Assembly (NCBI GenBank): GCA_951406725.2 | Contig: OX597814.1 | Coordinates: 98,766,001-98,830,000 of the forward strand | DNA from: Octopus vulgaris | Lineage: Eukaryota | Direction of reading: 5' to 3' | Length of the DNA stretch: 64,000 bases | Shown: positions 1 through 12,586 of the stretch, one piece after another | How the letters are laid out: each line of letters opens with the position of its first letter | Numbering within the stretch: position 1 is the first letter of the stretch | Notes under the pieces: model-generated | The model's database searches: none | What the model saw: the letters and a program-made list of their open reading frames with translations, nothing else | Told to the model about the DNA's origin: nothing | Program-made: the position numbers and the translations under genes

Positions 1-264
1 AGTTATGATTGCCAGGCGAAATGTCTTTCAGTATACAGTTATTTCCCTCCATGTTCTGATGAACCCATTTGATACTATCCTGCCCAAAACCACTGCTGTT
101 TCTATGATACAAAATTCTTGCTTAAAGTGTTCTTATATGAAACCTTCCTTTAAATTTTCTTATATGGAAAATTTGAAAACAATTCATTGGGAATTGAAGA
201 ACCTTCAACTGGTTTGAAGAAAATTAAAAAAATTGGATATCTGTCCCAAATACCAGTTTAACAA

Positions 265-470
265 TGGCTTTAAATTTTGACACAAAGCCAGCAGGTTTGG
301 GGAGAGGGGCTAAATTGATTAAATTGACCTCAGTGTTCAACTGGTATTTATTTTATCGACCCAGAAAAGATGAAAATCAAAATTGACCCTGGCAGATTTT
401 GCATCCAGATGGACAAAATACCGCAAGCATTTTGACCAATGTGCTTTTGATTCTGCCCGCTTACCACCTA
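265..470 (-). mobile_element. Degenerate tRNA-derived SINE, family B
   Basis: Similar to the family B consensus seen at 22027-22440 (ttttatcgacccc.gaaa.gatgaaa...aaa.ttgacc..ggc.gattt). Confidence 0.7.
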
Positions 471-2200
471 AAATACTAGTTTTATAATGACAAAGTAAAT
501 ATGACTAAATTCTTCATTAGTTTCAAAATTAAAATGAAGGCAGTGTATTTCAACAGAAAATTTGGTAATGAAGCATTATCCCTTTGAGATTGATAAAATA
601 TATTTCAGCTATGTAGTAACTTTTACTTTACTATACCCTTCCACCAAAGGTGTAGTTTTGTGCCACTGTAAAACACAATCCTTTATGTGAATGGTTTATG
701 GGTAGTTGATTCACTAACTTAAGTTTGCTATGAGGGATCTGCTAGAAATATTCACCAGATTTTCCATTGCTTACATCTTACTGTCTTAAAAAAAGATGGG
801 ATAATCATAACAATATCTAGAAATAAGTCACAGGAAAAGGTCACAATTTTAGCTAGGAAAAAAATAACATTTAAATTAAATATAAACTAGTAAAAGTAAT
901 AAAGCAAAAAATATTTCAAAATCAGTTATGAACTGACAGTATATGGTTTATACACAATTTATATATGATAGCATTACATATACGTGAAAAAAAAAAAAAA
1001 GCAGTTCCTTTAATTCAATTTATTAATTAAAATAAGGCAAAGAAACAAAAAATTTAAGTCAGTCATTTATTGACAACACATGACATGTACAGATTGAAAA
1101 CATCTTACACAGTATTGTGTTTTTACCTGTACAGTATACATTTAGTACTGATGACTAAATTGAATATCCCAGCTGAGGTCAAGAAGAAACTCTTTCATAG
1201 TCTTGTGGCTGGTTCTCACATTAAGTTATACACAAGGTATAAAACCTTTCTAGTTACTCAGTCAGGCAATATGCAGCATGTGGGGGGCTTTCTGAATGGC
1301 ATGCTTGACAAAACTTTGCTTTCAAATCTTTTGTTAGCGCAATCCACCTTATGATAAGCCATATCTCATGTGGCCCACTTCTCAAATGCGTTTGCTTATG
1401 CCCATTGTAGCTGCATGTTGTGAGTTTTTTTTGTCTTTTTTTTACCTGGACTTGCTATGATTGCTAGGTGAAAGGACTTTCAGTATATGTAATTCTTTCC
1501 TTCCTTGCTCTGAATTTAAAACCTTTTCATATCGATAAAATATCAGGTATGAACTAAAGTTTCACTTTTCAGTACCCTTCCACACAATTTTGTGCAAATG
1601 TGAAAAAAAAAAAAGAAAGAAAAGTTTTGTAAGTAGATGCTACGTTGACTGTTGATTCACTAACTTATAAATTGCTATGAGTAAGTCCTAATCTGGTCAC
1701 TTGATCTCCCAGCAATATCAACCAAATTTCCTGCAGCTTACACCCTTCTGTCATAAAGAAGATGGGATTATTATAATGGCATTTAGGAGAAAAAGTTACA
1801 GTTTTTTTGCTAGGAAAAAAGTCATTGAGAAGAAAATCACATTTTATTTATACCATATTAACAATTAAAGTAATATATTCACTTAATATATATAGAACAA
1901 AATATTAAGCGAAAAATAAAAATGGAAAGCCTATGGCAATGTGAAACTGTTGCAAGTGGGTTTTGTTGGCTGATGTGAGTTGATGAACGGTTGAGTTGAT
2001 GAAAGAAAATGTGTTTCTTTGGCTATGTAAAGAAGTAACTGACAATAATCATGAGCAATTCACTGAAAATTTTTATTATTGCACATAGGGTTTAACTGTG
2101 TTGGTCTTTTACAAATTATAACAGGTATTGAAAATCATATATAGTTCAAATTTACAGAAAAACAAAAGACGAAGACAGATGTAGGAACAACAAGCAAGTG

Positions 2201-2260
<60 letters not shown>

Positions 2261-2647
2261 TAATACACTTGTTGGTGTGTGTGTGTGCACTTCACAACCA
2301 GTGTTGGTTGTTTGTGTCCCTGTAAATTAGTGGTTCTGCAACTGAGGCTGATAGACTTTAAAAATAAGCATTGAGATTGGCTTGTTTGACCAAACCCTTC
2401 AAGGCAGTGCTCCAGCATGGCCGTCATCCAATGACTGAAACCAGTAAAATATAAATATAAAACAGTGCATATGTATTTTAAATGACTGCTGTCATGACTC
2501 TACCACGATGAAATCTTAAGCAATGTTTCACATCAGTTTCATTTCATATCAGATCTTTGTCTCTGTCTGTCTGTCTGTCTCTCTTTTTCACTCTCTTACT
2601 CTCTCTTTTCTTTCTTTCGCTAATCCATTTCTTTTTGTTCCAAACAG

Positions 2648-2829
2648 CAAATGGCATACTTCCACAAGCAGCTATCTCACAACATCAAGTTGAGAAAAGA
2701 AATTGATAACATTCGGCAAGAACGGAAAACTTACGAACAAATTTATAGTCGGATGTCTAATGAATTGAATAGCATACGCAAAGATAGGAATGCCATGCTC
2801 TCTGATGCCACACATTTTTACAAGGAAAG
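2648..2829 (+). CDS. ODAD1: Internal exon of a CCDC63/ODAD1(CCDC114)-family coiled-coil protein (outer dynein arm docking complex)
   Basis: Polypyrimidine tract + cag acceptor (2646-2647) and AG|gtcagt donor (phase 2). Peptide QMAYFHKQLSHNIKLRKEIDNIRQERKTYEQIYSRMSNEL...ATHFYKER matches my recollection of the family motif F..QL..N..LREEID.LR.ER....L.KEL....AY..R. The paralog (CCDC63 vs ODAD1) cannot be resolved. Confidence 0.8.
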
Positions 2830-3139
2830 GTCAGTTGTTTAACTTGTAGTTAACCCTCTTCAATTTATTGCAAGGCCGTCTTTTTAACAATTTGGTGATA
2901 AGAGAGTAGCTAGAGTGTGCACCGTCTAGGGAAGTGCTTGAGTCTACCACCCCATACCTAGATATGCCCCTATAGAGGCTTACACAGACCCACAAGTGTT
3001 GAACCCACAGAAAGTGTCACCCAGAGCAGGTCACCTCTATTGCTTCTCCCACCAGCTGTGTTACTGCTTCGCTATCAGGGCCCTTTGTTAGCCAACAACA
3101 GCACTTTCATAATAGCGTACATTTATGTATCAATTATCA

Positions 3140-3350
3140 AGGTGGTGAGATGACAGAATCATTAGCGCATTGGACAAAACATGGAGCAATATTTCATCTT
3201 GCTCTTAAAATTCTGTGATCAAATCTTGCTGAGGACAACATTACCTTTCATCCTTCCTGGAAAACAAAGTATCAGTCGAGTACAGGGGTTGATGTAATCA
3301 ACTAACCCCTCTCCCTAAGATTATTGGGGTTGTGCCAAAATTTGAAACTA
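3140..3350 (+). mobile_element. Degenerate SINE family B (intronic)
   Basis: Head ggtggtgagatgacagaatcattagc, core cctttcatcct...ggggttgatgtaatc and tail tgtgccaaaatttgaaac. Confidence 0.65.
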
Positions 3351-3539
3351 AAAGCTGCAAGCTGGCAGAATTGATAGCATGTTGGAGCCAAATTGTCTAT
3401 TTTCGACAGAGCCTTCAAGTTTGTGGTTGTACCAATTTTTTGGTTTGTCAAATTCATACTTGTTGCAAAGTGATTATTATTATTGTTGTTGTTATTATTG
3501 TTGTTTTTATTATTATTATTAATATTATTATTTATGTAG

Positions 3540-3727
3540 AGAAGAAGCACAATTAAAACTCATAAGTCTGCAAGAACGCCAAACAAAAGACCTTTCACAA
3601 CATCAACTGGAAATTCGTAAGTATGACCAAAAAATTCATCATGATGATAGTCTTCAAGAATTCATTTCCAAAAAGACCAAAACACATCATTGCCTGAAAG
3701 AAGATAGGACTATTTCCTTAAAGAAAG
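3540..3727 (+). CDS. ODAD1: CCDC63/ODAD1-family exon
   Basis: tag acceptor at 3538-3539. AG+A completes Arg across the intron. Reads EEAQLKLISLQERQTKDLSQHQLEIRKYDQKIHHDDSLQEFISKKTK (family-like EEA..K...L.ER..KD......E.......I.HD..L.EF...K). Donor G|gtaaga, phase 1. Not in the ORF track because it lacks an ATG. Confidence 0.82.
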
Positions 3728-3788
3728 GTAAGATACACAACGATAAACAAAACCATTCTTTGTTTTTTTTGACATTTCAGGGTGACTG

Positions 3789-4008
3789 TATGTATGTATG
3801 TACGTATGTATGTATGTATGTATGTATGTATGTATGTATGTATGCATGCATGCATGCATGCATGCATATATGTCTGTCTGTCTGTCTGTCTGTCTGTATG
3901 TATGTATGTATGTATGTATGCCTGTATATATGTATGTATTTAGGTATGTATGTATGTATGTATGTATGTATTTAGGTATGTATGTTTGTATGTATGTATG
4001 CATGCATG

Positions 4009-4042
<34 letters not shown>

Positions 4043-4080
4043 TGTATTTATTTAGGTATGTATGTTTGTATGTATGCATG

Positions 4081-4112
<32 letters not shown>

Positions 4113-4296
4113 AATGTATGTACGTATGTACGTATGTACGTATGTATGTATGTATGTATGTATGCATGCATGCATGCATGCATGCATATATGTCTATCTG
4201 TCTGTATGTATGTATGTATATATGTATGTATTTAGGTATGTATGTATGTATGTATGTATTTAGGTATGTATGTTTGTATGTATGTATGCATGCATG

Positions 4297-4330
<34 letters not shown>

Positions 4331-4384
4331 TGTATGTATGTATGTATGTATTTAGGTATGTATGTTTGTATGTATGCATGCATG

Positions 4385-4418
<34 letters not shown>

Positions 4419-4444
4419 TGTATGTATTTAGGTATGTATGTTTG

Positions 4445-4475
<31 letters not shown>

Positions 4476-4537
4476 GTATGTATGTATGTAAGTATGTATA
4501 TATGTATGTTTGCATGTATGTATGTATGTATGTTTGC

Positions 4538-4570
<33 letters not shown>

Positions 4571-4584
4571 TGTATGTATGTATG
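3789..4584. repeat. (TATG)n compound microsatellite, ~800 bp, with higher-order internal duplications
   Basis: Directly visible. It accounts for the MYVC/HTYI low-complexity ORFs. Confidence 0.97.
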
Positions 4585-5115
4585 CTAGACAAACTGCTTG
4601 GTGGCATTTCTTCTGGCTTTACGTTCTGAGTTCAAACTCAACCAAAGTTGACATTGCCTTTCATCCTTTCGGAGTCAATAAAATAAGTACCATTTGAATA
4701 GTGAGGTTGATGTAATCAACTGGCCTCCTATGCTTAATTTTTAAGCCTTGTGCCTATAGTAGAAAATATCTTTTAATAATTCTGTTTGTTCCTCTGTTAC
4801 TTAGACCGTCCATAACGCTTCCACATGATTAGCTGAAGGGGAGGCAAAGGGGTCGGGAGGGAATGGAAGGGGATGGGAGTTAGGAGAGGAAGATGCGGTG
4901 GTGATTGAAATGCGTAATTTTTTTTTCTGCACTAAGTTTTTTTCTCCATTACTTAGTCCGTCTGTAACACTTTTACATGATTATTTGAAGGGAAAGGCAA
5001 AGAGCGAAGAAAAAAGGAGAGAGAAAAAGAGGGTAAGGCAAAGAGTGAGAGGGAAAGAGGGAGAATGCTGTATATTGAGTCTATAAAATTTTGTATAAAG
5101 TATTTAAAATGTATA

Positions 5116-5340
5116 CTCTTTTTACTCTCTTTTACTCTTTCACTGGTTTCAGTCATTTGACTGTGGCCATGCAGGCGCACTGCCTTTAGTCGAGCACATC
5201 AACCCCAGGACTTATTCTTTGTAAGCCTAGTACTTATTCTATCGGTCTCTTTTGATGAACCACTAAGTTATAGGGACATAAACACACCACCATCGGTTGT
5301 CAAGCGATGTTGAGGGGACAAACACAAATACATAAATATG

Positions 5341-5386
<46 letters not shown>

Positions 5387-5549
5387 TACAATGGGCTTCT
5401 TTCAGTTTCTTTCTACCAGATCTACTCACAAGGCTTTGGTCAGCCCGAGGCTATGGTAGAAGACACTTGCCCAAGGTGCCACGCAGTGGGAATGAACCCG
5501 GAACCATGTAGTTGGTAAGCAAGCTACTCACCACACAGCCACTCCTGTG
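5116..5549 (-). mobile_element. tRNA-derived SINE family A with internal (TA)n/(CA)n and (gtaaaaga)n tail
   Basis: Reverse complement of the copies at 37234-37639 and 48604-49056, with an A/B-box-like head (tggctgtgtgg...ggttca.tccc). Confidence 0.88.
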
Positions 5550-6056
5550 TATATTTAAAATGCATTAAGTAATCATCGTATTCCAGTTTCCTTCACTTTT
5601 TGATGACTAGAAGACGAGTGACTATCTTTTGATACAGACACAACACTGGCTATGCTTTAAGGTTTTTTGGATAAAGTTTTCAAAAATAACCCAATAAGTT
5701 TACCATCAATTCCATGAAATATTTACAGGTCCAGTTAGTTTTTATTATCAAGGCAGCAAGCTGGCTGAAGCATTAACACTTTCGATGTAATGCAATGCAG
5801 CATTTCTTCTGGTTCTTTATGTTCTCAGTTCAACTCCTTTTGAGATTACCTTCACTGTCATCCTTACAGAGTTGATAAAATAATGAACAAGTCAAGCACT
5901 GGAGTGAATGTATTCAACTAGCCCCTTCCCCTAAAATTGCTGGTTTTGGGCCAAAATTTGAAACCGTTGGGCCTGGATGGCAGAGGCACAGCACGATAAC
6001 AAAGAAGCTGAGTGCTCTCTGATACCTGGCTGATGAATGCAATGTTTCAGCAGCAC

Positions 6057-6284
6057 TCTCTTTACTCTTTTTACTCTTTTACTTGTTTCAGTCATCTGAC
6101 TGTGGCCATGCTGGAGCACTGCATTTAGTCGAGCAAATCAACCCCAGGAATTATTCTTTGTAAGCCTAGTACTTATTCTATCAGTCTCTTTTGCCGAACC
6201 ACCAAGTTACGGGGACATAAACACACCAGCATCGGTTGTCAAGTGATGTTGGGGCGGAGGACAAACACAGACACACAAACATAT

Positions 6285-6316
<32 letters not shown>

Positions 6317-6481
6317 ATATATACGACGAGCTTCTTTCACTTTCCGTCTACCAAATCCACTCACAAGGCTTTGGTCGGCCCGAGGCTTTAGTAGAAGACA
6401 CTTGCCCAAGGTGCCACGCAGTGGAACTGAACCCAGAACCATGTGGTTCGTAAGCAAGCTACTTACCACACAGCCACTCCT
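6057..6481 (-). mobile_element. SINE family A
   Basis: Near-identical to the other family A copies. Confidence 0.9.
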
Positions 6482-6559
6482 ACACCTATGTACTTCTATG
6501 CCTATGCACCCCTACACCTATGCACTCCCACGCACTCTGCAGAATTAGTTTTGAGGAGT

Positions 6560-7430
6560 TGTATGCTTGAGACTGTGACTTTTGAAGATTACCTCAACAG
6601 TTTGCCATACCTCTCAGACAAAAATGTTGAGTGTTGACAATTGCTCCTATCAAAATGCCCACTTAACTAATTCACTAATCTGGTCTCTGTAAACTTAACA
6701 TTCTAGGAAAGATACATTCAGATAGTAGTAATCAGGGTCCTGCCTATGAGGTCTGTCTAAGTCAACCACCACAAATTTGTGGGAAACCTATGCTATTCTT
6801 GTCTGCTGACCTACAGAAAATTCTACTTAGATATGATCTGGATGACCCAATATGCTTTGTCCATGACCACAATGGCACATTTGGGAAATCCAGTCAGTAC
6901 CTGTTATTCAGTTGGAAACATCTGAGCAGGTTTGCAAGACTTTTTCACCTACTGTTCATGCAATCCCTGTATACAATTAAAATAAACAGCTCCAGCAACC
7001 TGTCAGCACTAGAGAGTGTGATGTTCCTAGGAAAGCATCCAAATGTTCAGAGGAATCTGGTCTCCCCAAATTTGTCAGGACATACATAGCTACTAATCTG
7101 TAAGAATGGCATTCACTACTGATTATATTCAGTACCATTACCTTACCTTCCTGGTCCATGAAAATGGTCCGTATTTCAAGGTTCAACCCTTTTCAAAACA
7201 ATACTGATACTCTGCCACTTGTTCCTGGCAGCTTTGGAAATGTGTACAACTTGTAGCCACTGAAGGTAAGATGAAGGCCCATGCCTCAGAAATTCTCGTT
7301 TTGCTGATAACTCTCACATCTGTATCATGTACTCTGAGGTCATTGAGTGAGCAGCTCTGTTTCCAAGGTGATCCCTGGCCATGTGCATTCATACTGCCTA
7401 TTCTGAGTATGGACATATTCAACAAGTAGG
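6560..7430 (-). mobile_element. Degraded L1/Tx1-clade LINE, ORF2 N-terminal APE endonuclease
   Basis: Broken ORFs MSILRIGSMNAHG...LNDLR...ISKTR (cf. I.S.N..G...QET) and D.EGKVMVL.I......RLVAMY. Upstream 7430-8760 may be ORF1 remains. Confidence 0.6.
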
Positions 7431-9344
7431 AGGAAAGTGAGAAGGACTACCTACTTCATTTCTGTGGAAGGACAGGTGTTCTCTTCTTCCAGTTATTTGT
7501 GTGTGCTTCTGCAAACAGTTCTTTATAAAGCCTTTTCCTCATACTCGCTCAAAAATTTACCTTTCATTTAGAATATTTTGCTTTCAGTTTATTTTAAGTT
7601 TCTTCGACTGTTTTTATAATTTCAGTGAGTCAGGATATTATGTACTGGTGTGATATTGTCATTGTGAGTAATATTTGTGTTGATGTATATATTTTATTGA
7701 GTCTCTGTTAGATTGCTTTGGTGATGCTGTTTATGTCATTGGTGTGGATTGGCTCATATTTTCATTTGTTGTATTAATGTTGGGGGTGTTTGTGGTGGTG
7801 CTAGTTTTACAAATGTGGGTGTATATTTGTTTATTGGTTCTGTATCATCTCATCTAAGCTGTTCATTTTTTTTTATTTTGGTCTGATACAGCTTTTTCGT
7901 TTTCCAGTTTTTTCCTCTACTCCTTGACAAGTATCCATTCTGGGAAGCCTCACAAGGCAATTTTCCACATTGAATCATATCTATGGTATGGGAAATGGAT
8001 ATGTCGGTGTAATTGAATATACCTGTTTATATTTGTAATCTGGTTGGCTGGTGCGTTAGTATCTCTTTAGGTCGGTGGTGTGAGCAATATTTTTTTGCAA
8101 ATCTGTGGTGTCGGTACCTACTGTTGTTACTGTTTATGTTTTTGTTCCTTTCAGTGCTGCTGTTGCTGTTTTTGGTGCTTCTGCTCTTGGTACTAATGCT
8201 TTTGATGCTGCTGTTGCTTTTGTTGTTGATGTTCATGTAGCAGTGAAATCAATGGATAGAAAGCTCTTAGATGGTTTGTGTCCCCACATATATAGCATCT
8301 CAGCTTTCTGCTCTCTTCTGCTATGAAGAGGTGTAGGCCATTTTGGGAGGCTGAGTAAGTCAAGGATAGCCATCATGCATTCTTAGTTTGTTTGAATTAC
8401 TAGTTCCATTTCTATGCCTGATCAATCTTCCTCTTCTAATTTGTGGATTTGCAAAATACTTGTCTTATTTTCTATGGTTTATAATTCAGCCACTACCAGC
8501 AAGGAAATATCTACTTCAGCTGGTACCGCAACCTCCCTTATTTCTATAACTCTTCAATCAATATATATGTGTTGGAATCATGAGCTGTTCCTCATTCCTT
8601 AGAGTTATTAAATTTTCCTTTGCCTCCTTTTTGGCTTGAAACCTCACCTTAACTCTGCAAAGTGTCTTCCACAATCAATGAAGTTTTATGCCCAGATTAC
8701 TTTAAGACACTTCAATGTGAGCCTATCTCACTTGCTCAAGTCACCTTATTTTGAGTTTGTCATATTTACATAACATCGTTTTCCATTGGATTTTCTCTTG
8801 GAGTTGTTGTATTTTTAAATAAATTATATTATTATTTTTGGTGAGATTAGTTTTGACATTTCTTAGCTCCTGTTCTAATTAATAAACTGTCTGTATTTCG
8901 TTTTTGGATTTGGTTTGCAAGATTCTTTATATGAGTTTGTGTGTTGAAGAATATTCTGTTGTGTCTGGGGAGAGTCATTTTCTTTTTGTGCCTTATGATG
9001 TAACACACTCTTATGATGTAACACACTTATGGTGTAACACACTCACCGGTAAAATTTCCACTTTTTTCTTATTTTTATTTTCCTAAAATTTTCGTTGCAT
9101 CTTGCAACCTTTTCAATAGTTTTGACTCTCTGTAGTCTGTAGTTTTCTACATGCATTCATGAACTCTTTTTCGTTTTGTTTGCAAAGCTCATGCTTCATT
9201 GTTTACTCTTTCTATTGTATTAAAATTTGTGCTGGTAGTAGTAGTAGTAGTAGTAGTAGTGATAGAGGTTGTGTGTGTTTCAATGTTCTCTTTGTCTTGC
9301 TTGTCACTGTTGTTATAGTTGTAGTGGTGTAAGGAGTGGTAGAT

Positions 9345-9703
9345 AGGTGCATCTCTGATCACAAGCAAGAGTAGTGAGGGAGCATCATAGTCATGTGTTG
9401 AGAGGAATTCTTTGGGATGTGAATAATTCACTTCTGGAAACATGGGTGGTTTGTTCAATATCCTTAAACAATTCCTATTCAGGGACCTTTTGAGTAGGAT
9501 GGGCTACTCGACCTGAAGAAAATTATATGCTGTCTATCTTGATATAAGGTCACCATGTCATGCACATATGATTGTGATGCATGTGTCTAGTGTACCCTTA
9601 TCAGACCGTATACTGATGGGTATATTGAGCTTTGTATATGTGTATTCCAGTGTCACTTTGAGAGTTTGCACTGCTCTCTCACTCAATAATAATAATAATA
9701 ATG

Positions 9704-9760
<57 letters not shown>

Positions 9761-9770
9761 TAATATAATA
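9345..9770 (+). mobile_element. TAA-tailed non-coding retroposon copy (5'-truncated) plus (AAT)n array
   Basis: Homologous to 9792-10251 and to the reverse complement of 40756-41140. Ends in gctctctcactc(aat)n. Confidence 0.8.
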
Positions 9771-9791
9771 ATAGTAAATGACTAGGTTACT

Positions 9792-10251
9792 ACAGCGAAT
9801 ATTCTGCTCAATACCACAGATTTGCTTGTCAGTTGTTTGACCTTAACTAGTTGACCATGTCCCTTAGTGGCTGACGATATGTGCATCTCTGATCATGAGC
9901 AGAAGTAGTGGGGGAGCATCATAGCCGTGTGTTCAAAGGAATTCTTGGAGGTTTGGATAATTCACGTTTGGAAACATGGGTGGTTCATTCAACATCCTTA
10001 AACAATCCTTATTCAGAGACCTTTTGAGCGGGATGGGCTAGTCGACCAGAAGAAAAATTCTAACTGGGCCCCACCTGCAAGGTCATGCACTGTTTATCTT
10101 GATATGAGATCATCATGTCATACACATATGGTTGTGATGCACGTGCCTGGTGTTCCCTTATCAGACGGGTAGTCATGATGGGTATACTGGGCTTCGTATA
10201 TTTTACCCCAGTGTCACTTTGATGGCATGCACTGCTCTCTCACTCAATAAT
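9792..10251 (+). mobile_element. TAA-tailed retroposon copy with ~15-bp TSD
   Basis: Flanked by aatgactaggttact (9777-9791) and aatgactaagttact (10252-10266). Confidence 0.82.
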
Positions 10252-10278
10252 AATGACTAAGTTACTTCCTGATTTCAG

Positions 10279-10562
10279 AAGTGAAAGACTTTGCTACAGC
10301 AGGACACCAGCTTGAAATATATGATAAAGCCCTTCGAAGAATTGAAGAAATTACTGGATTAACAGATACTGAGTCAATTATCAGTAATTTTAAGGCTAAT
10401 GAAGAAGAGAATTTCTCTCTTTTTAAATATATTAATGAACAAAATGCAGAGCATGAAAATCTAACAGAAAGCATCAGAGAATTACGTCAGAACATATCAG
10501 AATTGGAAGAGATCAGTGAAGGCAAGCAAGCTAAGCAAGAGGATAAAATTCTTTGTGTTAAG
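10279..10562 (+). CDS. ODAD1: CCDC63/ODAD1-family exon
   Basis: ttcag acceptor, with G+AA = Glu in phase. Peptide YDKALRRIEEITGLTDTESIISNFKANEEENFSLFKYINEQNAEHENLTESIRELR contains the family hallmark E..NF.LF.Y.NE.N.E.E.L. Donor AAG|gtttga, phase 0. Confidence 0.88.
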
Positions 10563-10692
10563 GTTTGAGAATGACTTTATTTTTAACTTTGTGTGTGATA
10601 ATTGTATGAAGAGTGATGACAAAGTCTGTGGTGATTGAAGGAAGGCAAAATATTTAGAAATGAAATATTACTTCAATATAATTTTTGAACGG

Positions 10693-10796
<104 letters not shown>

Positions 10797-10989
10797 AAGT
10801 GATAATCTTAAATGTGGGTATACATCTTTTAGTATGCTGTTTAAAGCCTGTTCATAGTATTTGGCTACCTGATGTCAGTATCTCATCCATGAAGGACTGG
10901 TGCATGATGAACTGAAATGATCATAGGGAATAACAAAGAGTCTCGTGAAATCCATTTTCTTTCTCTCATATTTTTATATACATATATAC

Positions 10990-11026
<37 letters not shown>

Positions 11027-11029
11027 TAT

Positions 11030-12110
11030 AATAGGATTAGCTCGTATACGAGTAGGTATATATTTGTAAAAAATGGAGTTCGAAAATGCTGCTATATTAT
11101 ACAATTTTTAATTTTTATATATACATTATAACATGTTTCAGTTCCTGAAATGAACCTTATCAAAAAAAGTTATATATAAAAAAAGACAGCTCATGCGGTC
11201 AAACACAAGAAATTCATTTACAATACATAACGGAGTCAGACATCTTAAAGTTCATATATAGTTTGAAGTAAGTTCATTCATGCTATATGTTCAAAGTGTT
11301 CGATGCAGTGGCCCACGGTGGCGATACGTATTCAATATAAAAAACAGATCAAAGTGGTGGAAAGCAGTCAATACAGAAGATTGATGTTCCCGAAAGAGCG
11401 AGGAATTCATTTTTACCTTGAGCAATTGTGACGACCCATGGTGGGTGTTCGCTGGGTGATTCTGGTGAGTCTTGTGAATTGTTCGGGTTTTATAATGCCT
11501 GTTAGGTGGTTAGTCCAGCGTAGCGTGATGTCATCAACGTTTTGACCAATCGTTTCGTTAGGTGGCTTTAGTCAAGCAGAACGGGACGTCATCAACATTC
11601 TGACCAATCGTGACCTATCGCTGTATTATAACTGCCTCTTGTCTGTATCCTGTTTTGACCAGTCGTTTCGTTAGGTGGCTTAGTCAAGCAGAACGGGACG
11701 TCATCAAGATTCTGCCCAATCACGACTTATAGCTGCATTAGATCTGCCCCCTGTCTGTTTCTTGTTAGATGACTAGTCAAGCAGAAAAGGACGTCATCAA
11801 TATTCTGACTAATCTCTGCCCCCTGTTTGTATCCTGTCCATTCTAGCAGAACTAGACGTCATCAACGTGTTGACCAATCAGAATCGGGTCTGACCCTTAG
11901 CTGTATCGTATGTGGTCAGTCCATCAGGGTCAGATTTGCACGAAAAAATTTTTTTCCTTTTTTACTAAGGCATATTTCCGTCAGTGCGAGTGACTGTTTA
12001 AGGTAGCGGCCATGGTGGAATTTTGCTTCTCCTTTTCGGAGGACTTATCTTTTGTTTTAATATTCCTGGCCCAGGGTGTTTAAACTTGGTCTAAATTTTT
12101 TAATGAAATA
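11030..12110 (-). mobile_element. Probable Penelope-like element fragment with tandem GACGTCATCAA/CCAAT repeats and a degenerate hammerhead
   Basis: Five imperfect repeats (gacgtcatcaac..t.tgaccaatc) at 11500-11885. The minus strand carries ttgataa-ggttc..gaact-gaaa-catg-tta at ~11128-11165. Embedded in TA/CA microsatellite. Confidence 0.5.
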
Positions 12111-12337
12111 CATGCGAACATACATATACATACATATACACACATATACAAATATATGTGCATACAGACGTATATAAGTACACATACACATGCATGCATG
12201 CACACTCACACACACACATATATACCTTTCGAATGTTGGACTTCATGGAGGCAATGACAAATGACTGAATTAAATATGTTTTTTATTTTTTAATGTTAAT
12301 AGTTATATGTGACTATGTCATTATTTTTTTGCAACAG

Positions 12338-12586
12338 GACAAAATTTCAAAATCAACTGAGCACTGTGACAAGCAAAGACATTCTCTGACTGAAAGAAGG
12401 AAAGTGTTTGAAGAATTCTACCATGGAATGGAGTCATTATATAACATTCTTCAGTGTCCTTCATTCAGAAGAGATTCCTTACCAAATGATTCAAAAACTG
12501 ATGAAAGAGCCATTCAACATCTCATGAATGGAATTGATCAGAAAGTCTCAAAATTAATATATATCAACCAGTATTTAGAAACTTCG
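12338..12586 (+). CDS. ODAD1: CCDC63/ODAD1-family exon
   Basis: T-tract + caacag acceptor, phase 0. Peptide DKISKSTEHCDK...GMESLYNILQC...IQHLMNGIDQKVSKLIYINQYLETS resembles the family C-terminal GI..LF....C.....M..L..IE.K..EL segment. Donor TCG|gtaatg. Confidence 0.75.
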
